From: the human T2T-CHM13v2.0 reference genome, Homo sapiens
Assembly (NCBI RefSeq): GCF_009914755.1
Contig: NC_060928.1
Length of the DNA: 64,000 nucleotides
Direction: 5' to 3' (one strand)
Shown: positions 30,199 through 43,414 of the stretch, piece by piece
Layout of the letters: the number at the start of each line of letters is the position of its first letter
Numbering within the stretch: position 1 is the first letter of the stretch
Notes under the pieces: model-generated
What the model saw: the letters and a program-made list of their open reading frames with translations, nothing else
Told to the model about the DNA's origin: nothing
Database searches by the model: none
Position numbers and translations under genes: made by a program

Positions 30199-31769
30199 CC
30201 AGGCTTTTTATTGTTATTTTTTCTTATCCTATTACACTGGCTAGGATTTCCAGTACAATATTGACTAGAGATGAGGAGAGCAGATATCCTTACCTTGTTC
30301 TCAATCTTAGATGGAAAACATTCAATATTTCTCCATTAAGTTGCCTGCTACTTGTAGGTTTTTCATAACTGCCTTTAATCAAACTGAGGAAGTTGCCTTT
30401 TATTATTAGTTTGCTAAGAGTTTTTTTTTTTTTTTATCATGAACGGGGTTAGATTTTGTGAACTACTTTTCCTTCATCTATCCAGATGATCATGTGATTT
30501 TTTTTCACTGCATTCTGTTAATGTGGTTAATTATATAAACTAACTTTCAAATGTTAAACCAAACTTGCATTTCTGGGGTAAACTGTAATTGGTCACAATA
30601 TATTTTCCATATTGTATATTTTCTGAATTTGTTTTGTTAAAATTTTGTTCAGGAATTTTTTATTTATGTTCATTAGAGATACTTATTTGTCAGGCTTTTA
30701 ATTTCATGGTTATGTTAGTCTCAGAAGAGAAATTTAGAAGAACGTTACCCTTCTCTATTTTCTGGAAAAGTTTGTGTAAATTTGGTATTACTTATTTCTT
30801 AAATATTTTATAAGCATTTTATAGAATTCACCAGCAAACCCATCTGGCCTAGACTTTCTTTTGTGGGAAGGATGTTTTAAATAACAAATAAATTTTTTAA
30901 ATATACATGGGACAATGCACCCTGTTTTTCTTGTGTAAATTCTGTAAGTTGTGTTTTTCAAAGATTTTCCCATTGCATCTCAGTTATTGACCTTATTAGC
31001 ATAAATTTGTTCACAAGACTTATTTATCCTTTTGATAGCTACAGGATATGAAATAATGTACCCTCTTTTATTTCTCACATTGGTAATTTTGATTTCTTTT
31101 TTATTAGTCTTGCTAGAACTTTATCAACTGTATTAATCTTTACAAATAATCCACATTTCATTTTTAAATTTTTTCTCTATTGTTTATCCGTTTTCTATTT
31201 TATAAATTTATGTTCTTTATTACTTATTTCCTTCTACTTACATTGGGTTAATTTGCTCCTTTCTTTAGCTTCTTAATGTTTCAACCTTTGTACTTTTCTA
31301 ATATATGCATTGAAAGTTATGTGTTTTCCTCTAAGAACTGCTTTGGCTCCATCCTCTATAGCTTGATATGTTGTTTTCATTACAATTCATGTGTAATATT
31401 TTCTAATATCCCTGTGGTTTATTCTTTGGCTCATAAGTTATTGAGAAGTGAATTATTTAATTTTTAAATATTTGAGGATTTTATACATATCTCCTTGATT
31501 TGTATTTTAGCTTCATTGTACTCATATAACATACTCTGAAATGTTGTAACCTCTTTAAATTTAATAAAAACTTATTTTTGGCCTAAGATATGATCTATCT
31601 TGGTAAACATTCCATGTAAATTTGAAAATAATATTTATTATGGAACCACTGGGAAAATACAAGTTCAGTTATGTCAGTTAATAATGTTGTTCAAATAACT
31701 AATTGTCTTGTCTATTTCTTCTATCAATTAATGAGAAGGCATGTTAAAAGTGTCCAGTTATGACTGTGA

Positions 31770-32069
<300 letters not shown>

Positions 32070-32520
32070 TTAGTTTTTAAAAGTTTTGTTTCATTCATTC
32101 TGGAGTTTTGTTGTTGGATAGATAAAATTTAGGATTATTATGTTTTCTTGATAAATGTACCTTTTGTCATTGTGAACTGTCCAATTGCTGTGACTATCTA
32201 CAGCAGTAGCTTTTGTTTTGATGTCAATTTTTGGCTGATGTTAATATAACTATGCCCTTCTTCTGCTTACTGTTTCCATGGTAAATCTTCTTTTCATGCT
32301 TTTACTGCCAGTCTGTCTGTGTCTTTATATTTGACATGCATCTCTGAGAAGCAGCAAATAGTTGGGTTTTGTTTTTTTATCCAATCTGAGAATGGCTGAG
32401 TTGCCATTTTTCAATGAACTGCTGTTTCTTCTCATGGAAGAGAAATATTTTTCAGGTTAGTATCTCCACTGAAATAGAAAGATAAAATGTAGATAAGCAG
32501 TTTGTGAGTTTAAAGACAAA

Positions 32521-32917
32521 TGTATTAGACCATTTTTGCATTGCGATACAGAAATACTTGAAGCTGGGTAATTAATAAAGAAAAGAGGTTTAATTGGTTC
32601 ATCTTTTTGCAGGCTGTACAGGAAGCATGGTGCTGGCATCTGCTTGGCTTCTGGTGAGGTCTCAGGGAACTTTTGGCAGAAATGAAAGTAGGAGCAACAT
32701 GTCACATGATGAGAGGAAGAGAGAGATAGGTGAGGGGTCACACACTTTTAAATAACCAGATCTTGCATGAACTCACTCATCACCAAGGGAATTGTGCTAA
32801 GCCATTCATGAGGGATTCACCCTCATGATCCAAACACCTCCCACCAGACCCACCTCCAACACTGGGGATGACATTGCAACATGAGATTTGGAGGGAACAA
32901 ATATCCAAATCACATCA
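32521..32917 (-). mobile_element. MSTA-like solo LTR
   Basis: tgtattag...ccaaatcacatca, with a 5-bp TSD acaaa on both sides. Confidence 0.9.
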
Positions 32918-33456
32918 ACAAATAAGAGATCTATATCCAGCCAACTTTACTCATTATGTGACCTGTATGGCCTCCAAAGGCACTGAGTTTTTAATTCCTG
33001 TGGTAGTAAATTTGAGATTTTCTAGCTTTGAGGGAAAGAATGTAAAAAGGAGATGATAGTTTCAGCCTATGCATAGTCATTTTCTTATAGAAATTGCTGT
33101 TCTCTCTCTGAAAATACATTTTTAAAGAGGTTGCAAATCTATACTTGTGTTTAAATGATGAATATATTCACGAATGAAAAGATAACTTCATTTTGGTCAC
33201 TAGTGCCCAACCAGAGGAATGTTCTGATCTATTAAAACTTGTCTTCCTAAGTGAAATCACGTAGTTGAGTCAGTAGTTAGATTCCATCTTTTCTGCAATG
33301 GCTTGGCCAATGAGCTATAAATTCCTGCTTTGGTGTAACAGTTTGGGGGAGAATGGCCAGTATGATAAGTTTCTTCTGCTAAAGTGGACAGAAGTTGGGA
33401 GAGATATTCTAAAAGTTCATGCCTTGGTCCCAGGCTAAGGCTGCCAACAGCTCGTA

Positions 33457-33779
33457 CAGGTTGAGTATCCCTTACCCAAAATGCTTGGGACCAGAATTGT
33501 TTCGGATTTTGGATTTTTTCAGATTTGGGGATATTTTCACATACATAATGAGATATCTTGGGAATGGAACACAAGTCTAAATGTGAAATTTATTTGTGCT
33601 TTGTGTATATTTAAAACACATAGCATGAAGCTAATTTTATACAATTTAAAAAATAATTTTGTGCATGAAACAAAGTTTATATACATTGAACCATCAGAAA
33701 GCAAAGGTGTCATTGTCTCATGTTGGTGCTCAAAAAATTTTAGATTTTGGAGCTTTTAAATGGAAGGATGCTAAATCTG
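33457..33779. mobile_element. Tigger4/MER46-like DNA transposon
   Basis: TA|caggttgagtatccctt ... aaggatgctaaatctg|TA terminal inverted repeats. Confidence 0.8.
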
Positions 33780-35974
33780 TAGTACATCCCCACTGTGCAG
33801 AGGATGTCTTAAGACTCAACCGCATTCCCTCTGTTTTCTCTAGAAGGGCAAGATGGAGTCTGCACAGCTGGGCCATGACCCAGGAACACTATGAGGAGGT
33901 GGGCTGCTTTGTATGATTGCTCCAATATTCTGTGAAGTGAAATTCAAAATATACTACTACAGCTATAACACAGAATCTTCTAATCTTCCAGATGCTGGTT
34001 CTCCTGTAGCTGCTCCTCTTTAGGTGACCCTGGTGAGTGATGGTGGTTTGGGGACTATGATGGAAGCTATGACCCACTTCATTTAAAATCATCCCTGAAG
34101 ATTGGCCAGAACCATTCTGGATTCATTTCTGAGTGAGACACATGGCGGCTGCCCTATTTTCTTCCCTAGGCCTTGGATCTGAGGCCTCTTTTTGAATCCT
34201 GCCAGCCTGTCAGCATTTAGAATTCCTAATTATTTTTCTAAAATAAACTCTGAGTCAAGAGGATCTCTCTTCCCTCTACATTTCCTTCTAACATCAATTT
34301 TCTAAAATTCCAAGAGTAGTCTGTCTCACCTCTGTCCTCAGATTCTGTTTTCTACATGTGGCAATGGCAATGTCTGTGCATTTTACACAGCTCCTTGGAG
34401 AACTTCCGCCCATCTTTTCTATTAGTTTGTTCATTCTGGGAGTATGGAGGAAAGGGGCTGGGCCAAGCTGGCTTTCAGAGTGGGGAGAGTACTTCTTTCT
34501 CATGGTGAAATTGCAGGGTGTGTGTGTGACGGGGTAAGCAGGGGGACAGGTGAAGAGATGGTCAATGGAGCCTTGGAACTGGTGAGATTGAAGGTCAGCA
34601 GCCTGAAGGCTTCAAATTCTTCCTCTACATCTAATGGGGATGACACTGGAATAATCAATTAGATCTTGGTTTCCACCTGCAAAATAAGAGTATGACACTG
34701 GGAAGATTCTGTGGTCCCTTGCACATATGTCTCTCCAAATAGACTATGAGCCCCTTGAATTAAGGCTGTGATTTCCATATCTTCATAGTCATGGTGCCCA
34801 GTATAGGGTCTGACACATAATTGCATCAGCTAGGCATAAATTTGGCTGCTAGTAACAGAAACCCACTAATAGTAGAATGTGTTGAGGCTGATTTTCTTCT
34901 ATTACAAGAAGATTAGAGCTGTGCAGGTGTTGGTTAAGGTGTTCAGTGAGGTCTTTGAGGACCAAGGTTCTTTCCATCTTTCCCTTTTACCATCCTGGGC
35001 ATGTTGGCCTTATGTTCTCATTCTTGTCATTGCATGGATCCAAAGTAGCTACCATGTTGCCAGACATCACACCCACATTTTAGGCAAAGGAAAGGGAAAA
35101 ACACTAGCCATTTCTGCCTTTTATAAAGAAAGAAAAAGCTTTTCCCAAAGGCACATCAGGTTATGTCTCATGGACTATGTGCTGGGTCACATGACCAATG
35201 CCAGATGAAAGGGATTCTGGGAAAGCAAATGTCAAGCTTTTTGGCTTCTTGGGAAGGAGAGAGTAAGAACTGGGGCACATATGGCTGTTGAGCCCACTGA
35301 ATGTTTGGTAAATAAATATAATTAGAAAATAAGCTGGAAAAGTCTCCTTTTTTTCCCCCAAGTAGAGTGTACCATGACATTATTTTGAGGAAATAAGCAT
35401 TAAATTGGATTTGCTTTTAAGTTATGACACTGCTCTTTTATTATTATTATTATCGGCATCCCTGGGTGTGCCTGAGCCAGGCTATCTTGTTTCCCTCTGG
35501 CAAACCAGAATTGGCCCAAGTTTTCTCACAGGCATGGGGCAGGGAGTAGAACTGGAGGGAGAGTCAGAGTTCATGAAGAACTCAGTGTGGAGGGATTTAA
35601 CTCTGGTGTTTTCCTAAGTGAATATTTTACACACACTCACCTTCGGATCAGGAAAGGCATTTCTTCTGTATTCTGCTATTGGTTATTCTCTTCATGTGGC
35701 CTCATGTGTAATTAGTTGAAAAATTACTGGTTCTTACTGGTGTTCATTACCTTCTCCTTCATACACATTGTGCCAACAATTAAAGAGGAGGGTTGACATG
35801 TCGACAGTGAAAGCAAACGTGCCAGAATGGGGCATAGAACAGCATGCAATCTCCCCTCTTCACTGAGGAACAGCACTAATAATACAAATGAAGAGGTGCA
35901 CATGAAGGGTGACCATTCCTGGTACAGCAGAGGCTCTTAGTAAATATTAGACGTGATTATTTTCTTTCCTTTAT

Positions 35975-36252
35975 TTGAGACAGGGTTTTGCTCTGTCACC
36001 CAGGCTGGAGCGCAGTGGTACAATCATAGCTTACGGCCACCTCAACCTCCTGAGCTCAAGCTATCCTCCCACCTCAGCCTCCTCAGTAGTTTGGACCACA
36101 AGCATGTGCCACCACACCTGGTTGATTTTTTAAAATGTTTTGTAGAGATGGGGGTCTCGCATGGTGCCTAGGCTGGTCTTGCCTCAAGTAATCTTCCTGC
36201 TTCAGCCTCCCAAATTGCTGCGATTGCAGGTGTGAGCCACTGTGTCTGGCCC
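35975..36252 (-). mobile_element. AluJ-like
   Basis: Diverged antisense Alu. Confidence 0.88.
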
Positions 36253-37262
36253 ATTATTTTATTCCTATTCATAATAAGAATGATGCTTCTTTTCTTCCTG
36301 CGCACCCTGCCAGTGAGGATCCACTTTTTCCTGTTAACCAGATGTTTCTAGATAAAATTATAAGATTCAAGATTGTACTATGCAGTTCCCTGGTTTTACT
36401 TTAATTCCCCAGGGGGCTTCTGGGAGAACCCTGGGCAGGCGAAACATACTGTTAGTTTTTCAGATGTGTTTGAAGTAATCTGGTTGGGTAAATAGTGATC
36501 ACACAAAACCTGGCTTTCTAGGGAGGTTAACCTGAAACCTTAATTGTTTTCAAAAATTTTCTCAGGGTAACCACTCTATTTCCTGGTGGAATTTAAGTCT
36601 ATCAGTTTTCTGTACACATGAAAAGGAAGCTATTTACAACTGGCATTCCTGTACGAAATGTACAAAGTTCTCTAGCAGAGAGCTCTTCCACGTGGGAAGA
36701 GTGCTTTTCAACGCACTTCCTAAAACTGGTGCTTGACAATGCTCATTTGACTTTCCAGTGTATTATACATTAACAAATGTGAAAAGAATAAGAGGTCAAT
36801 TGTTCAATGTCTCGCTTGCATGGCAGTCACTGATGTTACAGAGATCACTGTGAAATGTGAACTCCTCTGACTCCTCTGTTACTTGTTTCTAACTTTGTTT
36901 TCATCTTCTCATTAGGTTAGGTGGTAGTAAAGCATAATGATTAAGAATCCAAGCTTAGGAATCAAAGTCCTAGGGTTGAATCTTGACTTTGCCATTTTCT
37001 ACCTCTCCAACCTGGGGTCCATTACCTTTTCTTACTGGACTTTATTTTCTTATAAACAAAGTTGCCAAATTAATATCCACCCCACAAAAAGTATTGCAAG
37101 CATGAAATACGATACTATATGAGAAAGTGCTTCATAAAGTGTTCAGCTGCAACTTCAGAAAACTCAACCTAAACACCTTAAGCAAAATGAGAATGTATCG
37201 ACTCATATAATGAAAATAGAGCATCTGAACCCATGCCAGTGGGTTCAGATTTCACTCTACCA

Positions 37263-37435
37263 TTTTTTTTTTTTTAGAGACAGGGTCTTGCTACATTGCC
37301 CAGGCTGGAGTGCGGTGGCTATTCACAGAAGTGATCATAGCACACTATAGCCTTGAATTCCTGGGCTCAAGCAACCTTCCTGCCTTAGCCTTCCTAGTAG
37401 CTGGGACTACACATGCGTATACCACTGCACTGAGC
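37263..37435 (-). mobile_element. FAM (fossil Alu monomer)
   Basis: Monomer with the 7SL-derived segment ggtggctattcacag...gatcatagcacacta, which dimeric Alus lack; TSD tcactctac. Confidence 0.8.
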
Positions 37436-39279
37436 TCTCACTCTACTTTTATTCCACAGCCTTCTGCATTGGCCTTATCCTCAGACAGCTTCTCCCTTAG
37501 TGGAGCATGATGGCTGCAATAACTCCAGCCTTTTTTCTCCAGTTTCAAGTCCAGTAAGAAAGAGAGGATGCATCTCTTTCAACAGTCCCAGTGAAAAGTG
37601 GCATTGCATCTCATTGGCTCTGAAGGTGGATCATCCCTGAACCAGTGCAATAGTACGATTTATCATACCTAAGCCACAAGCTACCTCTGGAGCAGGAGAT
37701 GAAGTCAACACCACCTGCTGGACTGAAAGTATAGTGGTTTCTCAGAAAGGAAATTGGGATGTTGTTACCAAAGGAAGAGGGAATGAATGTTGCCATGGTG
37801 GGGAGGTTGGGGGCGGTGGCGAGAAAAAGGCAGATTTCCTCTAGAATGCCATCAAAATGAAAGTAAATCTAGGCTTTAGCACAAGTCCTAGAATACCAGA
37901 ACGGAGACGTGCTTTCTTGGACCTTAAACGAAATAAAATTAGGCCAAGTGAAGCAAGTGCCATTTAAAATAGTAGCTATGAATGTATATAATTAGGATTT
38001 CAAGAACTGAATGAAAATATAAATGTTTTAAAAATGGGAAGAAAGATTCACAATAAGGAACTAGACTGTTGCAGGGTGGGGGTGGGGTGGTGGGTGGCAT
38101 GGGGAACTCTGAAAACTCATTAGTTGAGGATAACTACGCCTACCAACAGAATGCAGAGGTGCAAGACTGAGCTACTGGTGCCTGAGTTCTCAGCGGGCCA
38201 GAAGGAAGGACGGTAGGGTGGAAGGGCTGGAGTCTCAGTTCTGGGAAGTCTCCCTCTTATCTCGCAGAATGCCTGTCCCTGGATAAAGATCATTAGTTTG
38301 AGTTTTTCCAAGATGATTCTAGGAAGCTCCTGCTGGTAACTAAGTCACCCATCCTGGGGTGGGATCCAGAGATTTAGATTTTTTATAAGCTTTCCTGCCA
38401 CCGAAACGGGTGTTTGGGACCTCACGAGGCCCTGTTCATTCTTCGTCGCTGCGCTCCCCACTCTGTACTGGATGCATTTACTGACGTTGTTGTCTCCGTC
38501 CCCAGAGTATGAACCCCCAAGGTGACTCATGCAGCTGTGGGTGCCCGGCATACAGCATGGTGACTGGAATGGATGAGCACCCAATAAACATTTGTTGCAG
38601 GAATGCAGGAGGACGGGCAGGCCAGCAAGCAGGCTGCCTGGTTTTTCCCACATGGGCTTTTCTGGGAAAGAAGAGCTTCTATTTTTGGAAAGGGCTGCTA
38701 TGATTGAGAAAAGTTCATGGCAGCAAAAAAAGGACAGACGTCGGGAGGGAAACACTCCTAGTTCTCCCAGACAACACATTTTTTAAAAAGACTCCTTCAT
38801 CTCTTTAATAATAACGGTAACGACAATGACAATGATGATTACTTATGAGTGCGGCTAGTGCCAGCCACTGTGTTGTCACTGGGCGAGTAATGATCTCATT
38901 GGATCTTCACGGTGGGCGTGCGGGGTGGACAGCCTCACACCCCCATTTTACAGATGATGAAAAGGAGGTGCAGGGAGTGGTGCAGCTGCTTCAGGCGTAC
39001 ACAGATAGGAAGTGACAAGGCTGGGACTCTGCAGCCTGAGTGTGTCATCACGACCCACCCGCTGCTCTGCTCTCATAGGTATGACAGCACAGCTCTGGAG
39101 CAAATGCCATGCACATTTGCAAGGTGCCCATTTCCATGCAGCAAAAATAAGTCAATAAGTTATTGACTTAGAGAAAAGCAAAGGGCCTCTCAATAAAGAG
39201 GTCATTGTACACCTCTCCAAACAGGCGATTTTCTTTCTCATTTTTATTCCCCTGCTGTGTGCTGAAGGTCACTGGCTAC

Positions 39280-39490
39280 AAGCCGGTGAAGTCGCGGAAT
39301 GGAATCCTTGGCCCGAAAACCCAAAAATGGGAGGGGCAGAGGAGGTGGGGACAGAGCGGGAGGAGGTGGAGGCGAAGCAATTCTACAACCCGGGGAGGTC
39401 TGGCCTGCTTTTCCTCCCTGAACTGGCCCAATGACTGGCTCCCTCACGCTGACCACTCCTCTGGGCTGGCCTCCTGCACTCGCGCTAACA
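39280..39490 (+). promoter_or_regulatory. SOD3 proximal TATA-less promoter
   Basis: G-rich Sp/KLF-type boxes (gggaggggc, gaggtgggg, gcgggaggagg) at about 39328-39372, CCAAT at 39428-39432, locally retained CpGs and no TATA box, directly upstream of the 5'UTR exon. Confidence 0.7.
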
Positions 39491-39580
39491 GCCCAGGCTC
39501 CAGGGACAGCCTGCGTTCCTGGGCTGGCTGGGTGCAGCTCTCTTTTCAGGAGAGAAAGCTCTCTTGGAGGAGCTGGAAAG
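39488..39580 (+). other. SOD3: SOD3 non-coding 5'UTR exon (5' boundary approximate)
   Basis: Ends ...ggagctggaaag|GTGGGT (donor at 39581). Joining to the acceptor cccgcAG|gtgcccgactccagccATG (intron end 43437) reproduces the SOD3 mRNA leader as I recall it. Intron length is 3857 bp. Confidence 0.88.
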
Positions 39581-40359
39581 GTGGGTGCTAAGTTGAGGTT
39601 CATTTTGTTCTTCTCGGAGTGTGCTTATTGAGTCTGAAGCTGGGTTGGGGCAACGGGCCTCTTCTTGGGAACAAATTGGATCATCTTCTTGGGAAGGAAA
39701 TGTACTTTCCCTGGCTGCTCTGAGGGGTTAGTGGGGAGGTGGAGTGAGCGGGGAGGAAGGCAAGGAGGGGAGGAAGAAACCGTTCCTCCTGTGGATCTGC
39801 AAAGACCAGTCCAAGAGGATTTTAGTGTTAGGAAAAGGAATCTGGAGTGACGAGAAAGGGGGCCTTTCTAGATGTTGCATGGCTTTGGTGTCGGGAGCCA
39901 CTTATGGGACAGCAGGTACTCTAAAAAGCCACCTCCTTAGGAAAGCAGAGAGGCCCTGGCCAGCTCAGGCTCCCAGCAAGAGCTCCTTCTAGGAGACAGC
40001 TGAGGGATGAAACACACCCAAGGCTCAAGAGGGGCAGGTTCTTCCCAGATACAGACCCAGGAAGGAGATAAAGGCTTGGTGCCTCTATTTGGTTCAGGAT
40101 AAGGGCCCCTGTCCTCTTTCTCTGATAACACTGTCCTCTTTCTCTGATAACACCGTCCTCCCTTCCAGATCCACGTACAAAGGAGGCCCTTAAAAAGGCA
40201 CTTGGTCATTCACAGCTCAAACTGAGCAAGAGGCTGTGGGAGAAGAATCAAGTTGGTCCCGAGGGGAAGAGGTGTCAAAGGCTTAAGAAACAAGAAGTCA
40301 GAGTTTACCTGGGTTTGAGGGAGAATTTTCTTTCCCCCTTTTCCTCCTCCTCCTCCTTC

Positions 40360-40364
<5 letters not shown>

Positions 40365-40392
<28 letters not shown>

Positions 40393-40683
40393 GAGACATG
40401 GTCTCATTCTGTCACCCAGCACCCAGGCTGGAATGTAGTGGCACGATCACTATCACGGCTCACTACAGCCTCTACCTCCCGGGCTCAAGTGATCCTCCTA
40501 CCTCAGCCTCCTGAGTAACTGGGACTACAGGCACATGCCACCACACCCAGCTATTTTTTTTTTTTTTTTTTGCTAGAGATGGGGGTCTCTACCAGGTTGG
40601 TCTCATACTCTTGTACTCAAATGATTCTCCTGTCTCATCCTCCCAAAGGGGTGGGATTACAGGCATAAGCCACCATGCCTGGC
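40365..40683 (-). mobile_element. AluJ-like in the SOD3 intron
   Basis: Antisense Alu with long T tracts. Confidence 0.9.
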
Positions 40684-41189
40684 TCTTCTTTTGGTTTCAG
40701 AGAAAAACATCTCCTTAAAATGTTTATTTCCCAAGGATTCTTGAAAAAGAAAGCTCACTGACACACCCAAAACAATCTGGTTTTGCTCTGTGCTTTTAGG
40801 GAGAACTTTCTAAGCAGCAGAGCCCTTCTGAGTGGCAGGGCTGTCTTAGGAGGAAGGTGTCTTTGATGATGGGGAACTTCATGTCCAGGTCTGGCAGGAG
40901 AGTTACCCCACTTTCCTGCCTACTCCCTGGGGCTTTGGGGTAGTAGTACCACATTGGGCCATGTCATTTAGGTGAGTCCTTCAACATCACTTTCTCTGCT
41001 TCTCCCTCTTTCTGGATCCTCCTTCTTGGAGCCTTTCAAGGGGACCTCCTCTCACAGTGTCCATAGCATCTCTTAGCTAATGGTCCTTAAAATCTCTACC
41101 AGCAGCTTCTCTCTGATAGCTAAGAGCTGCCATTTACTGGGAACTTTCTATGTACTGGGCTCTGTGCTAAGTGCCCTAGATGAGAGATG

Positions 41190-41530
41190 TGCAGTGTGGT
41201 GCCTAAACCTTGGGCTTGGAGCAGACACACACTTTCAAATCCTGCCTTCAGCTCCTTAGTGAACATGTCACCTTGGGCGGGACACACGCCTCTCTGTGCC
41301 TCAGTTTCCTACACTTTAGAATGGGGATAACACTGAATAATGTTCTTGTGAGGATGCAGGGAATTAACCCACGCACAGTACTTATAATAGTGTCTGGCGC
41401 CTGTGTTCGATAAGTTTTAGCAATTCTAATCATCTCTTTTAAGCCTCGCAGCAAGCCTCTAAGGTAAGTCTGTATTAGTATCCCTATTTACAGATGAGAA
41501 AACTGAGGTTCACAGGGGATGAGACAGTGT
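41190..41530. mobile_element. MIR fragments in both orientations in the SOD3 intron
   Basis: MIR core ctctgtgcctcagtttcct and tttacagatgagaaaactgaggttc. Confidence 0.75.
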
Positions 41531-43414
41531 ACAGTCTGCAGTCCAGCAATTACTCTGCTACTCAGCAATAAAAATAGTAACAGCTAACCCTTAGACTAAG
41601 TGGCAGAGTCAGGCTTTAGATTCATGAGGTGAGTTCTGGAATCCATCCCTTTAATAACCACACTAAATTGCCTTTCTGAAATGGTTATATAAAGCATATC
41701 TACCCAATCTTGGAGTTTTTTAAATGGCACCTAGTTTGGTGCTGGAAATGCAGTTGACCTTCAAAGCAATTCTTTGGAGGCAGCATCAATCCCTCTGGAA
41801 ATACCTCGGTGGCATGGCTGGCCTTATTCTACAGGTAAGGAACTTGAAGCTAAGCATCAGTAACCCCGTGAAGTCACAGTTAGTATAGGTTGGAATTGGG
41901 ATTCAAATCTGTACCTGACTTTATAATTCCTAGCTGGGCCCCAGAATCTTTGATAGAGGTGTCTTCTTTCTTTTCTTTTCTTTCTTTCCTCTTTCTTTCC
42001 CTTCCTTCCTCTCTCTCTGTCTTTCTTCTCTCCTTTCTTTCTCACAGAATCAAAATCTCTTGGGGTGGGGCCTGGGCATCTGATTTTTAAAAACCAGACA
42101 TCTGATGTGCAGTCAACACTGAGAACCCCTGCCAGCTTCATCTCCTCTTCTAAGTGCCAGACCCAAGTTTCCAACTGTCTGCCCACCTGTCTCCCCACCT
42201 GGGCACCCGCCAGCGTCTCACCCTCAGGAGACTCCAGCTGAACTAATCCTCTCTCCCTGCTTTTCCAGAACAGGTCCCACCCTCCCTCCACTCAGTCTCT
42301 CCTGCTGGGAACCCTGGTCATCTGCACTGTGCCTTCATCTTCCATCCTGCCAGTGCTGCCCGGTGTGTCTCTTAAACCCATGCCTCCTCTGTGTGCACCA
42401 CCTGCACTTTGGTAAAAGCCTTCATTTCCTGCTTGGGTTACTACAACGCCCCCTAACTCATCTCACTGTCTCTATTTCTGCTTCTCTGTCTCTCCCTAGG
42501 CTACTCCCATTCTTCCTCCCCTTTCCTCTTCATCCCAAAGTCCAACCCATATCCTTTTACCAGTAGGACTTAAGGAACTAAAGACTATCTCATCACCCAC
42601 TTTTCTTCTTAAAAACTTCCACTGCACTGCCTGCTGAGATGGCCTTCCTACCCAACTTGGCTGGAAAACTCCTACCCATCTTGTGGAACCCAGTTCAAAA
42701 GTCACCACCTCTGAGAAGCCTTCCCTGAGGCTCCTAGGGAGATGGGTACTGCCTCCTCTGTCCTTCTCCAGCACAGGCCCCATCTTCAATCACAGGATTG
42801 TGCTGGAATGATTGGATGCCAAGTCTGTCCCTCACTGAACTCCTTATGCAAAATCCATATTATATGTTTCCTTTTGCCAGGTGTGGGCCCAGGTGCTGGG
42901 GATACCGATGAATAAAACTGAGTTTCTGTCTTCAAGAAGCTCCAAGTCTACTGAGTGTAGCAGAGAACAGGGAGAAGGCACTTCAGGGAGAAGGGGTAGC
43001 ACATGCAAAGCCCCAGAAGGCAGGGACAGAAGCCTTAGGGATGTCTGTGGGGGAGGATGGAGGAAGAGGGTAACAGGAGACCAGGTGGGGAGATGAGGGA
43101 GGTGGTCTGGAAGGGCCATGAGACACCCCTCACGCTCCCTGAGACCCCCTCCACGCTATAGAGATGGGACTGGAGAGGACGATGATCATTTGTGACTCAG
43201 ATCCCTGTGGGTTTCTTCAGATTGGGTCTCACCCATCTTTACAGCCACAGCACCTAACACAGTGCCCGGCACACAGCAGGCCCTAGACAAACGTTTGCCA
43301 CATGAAGTCATGCCCACTGGGCCAGGAAGCCCACTGGGGACTGGGGGGTTGGTTCTGCGATAATGGGGTCCCTGAGATTCTATGTTTCACGTGACTAAGC
43401 CTCACTCTGCCCCC

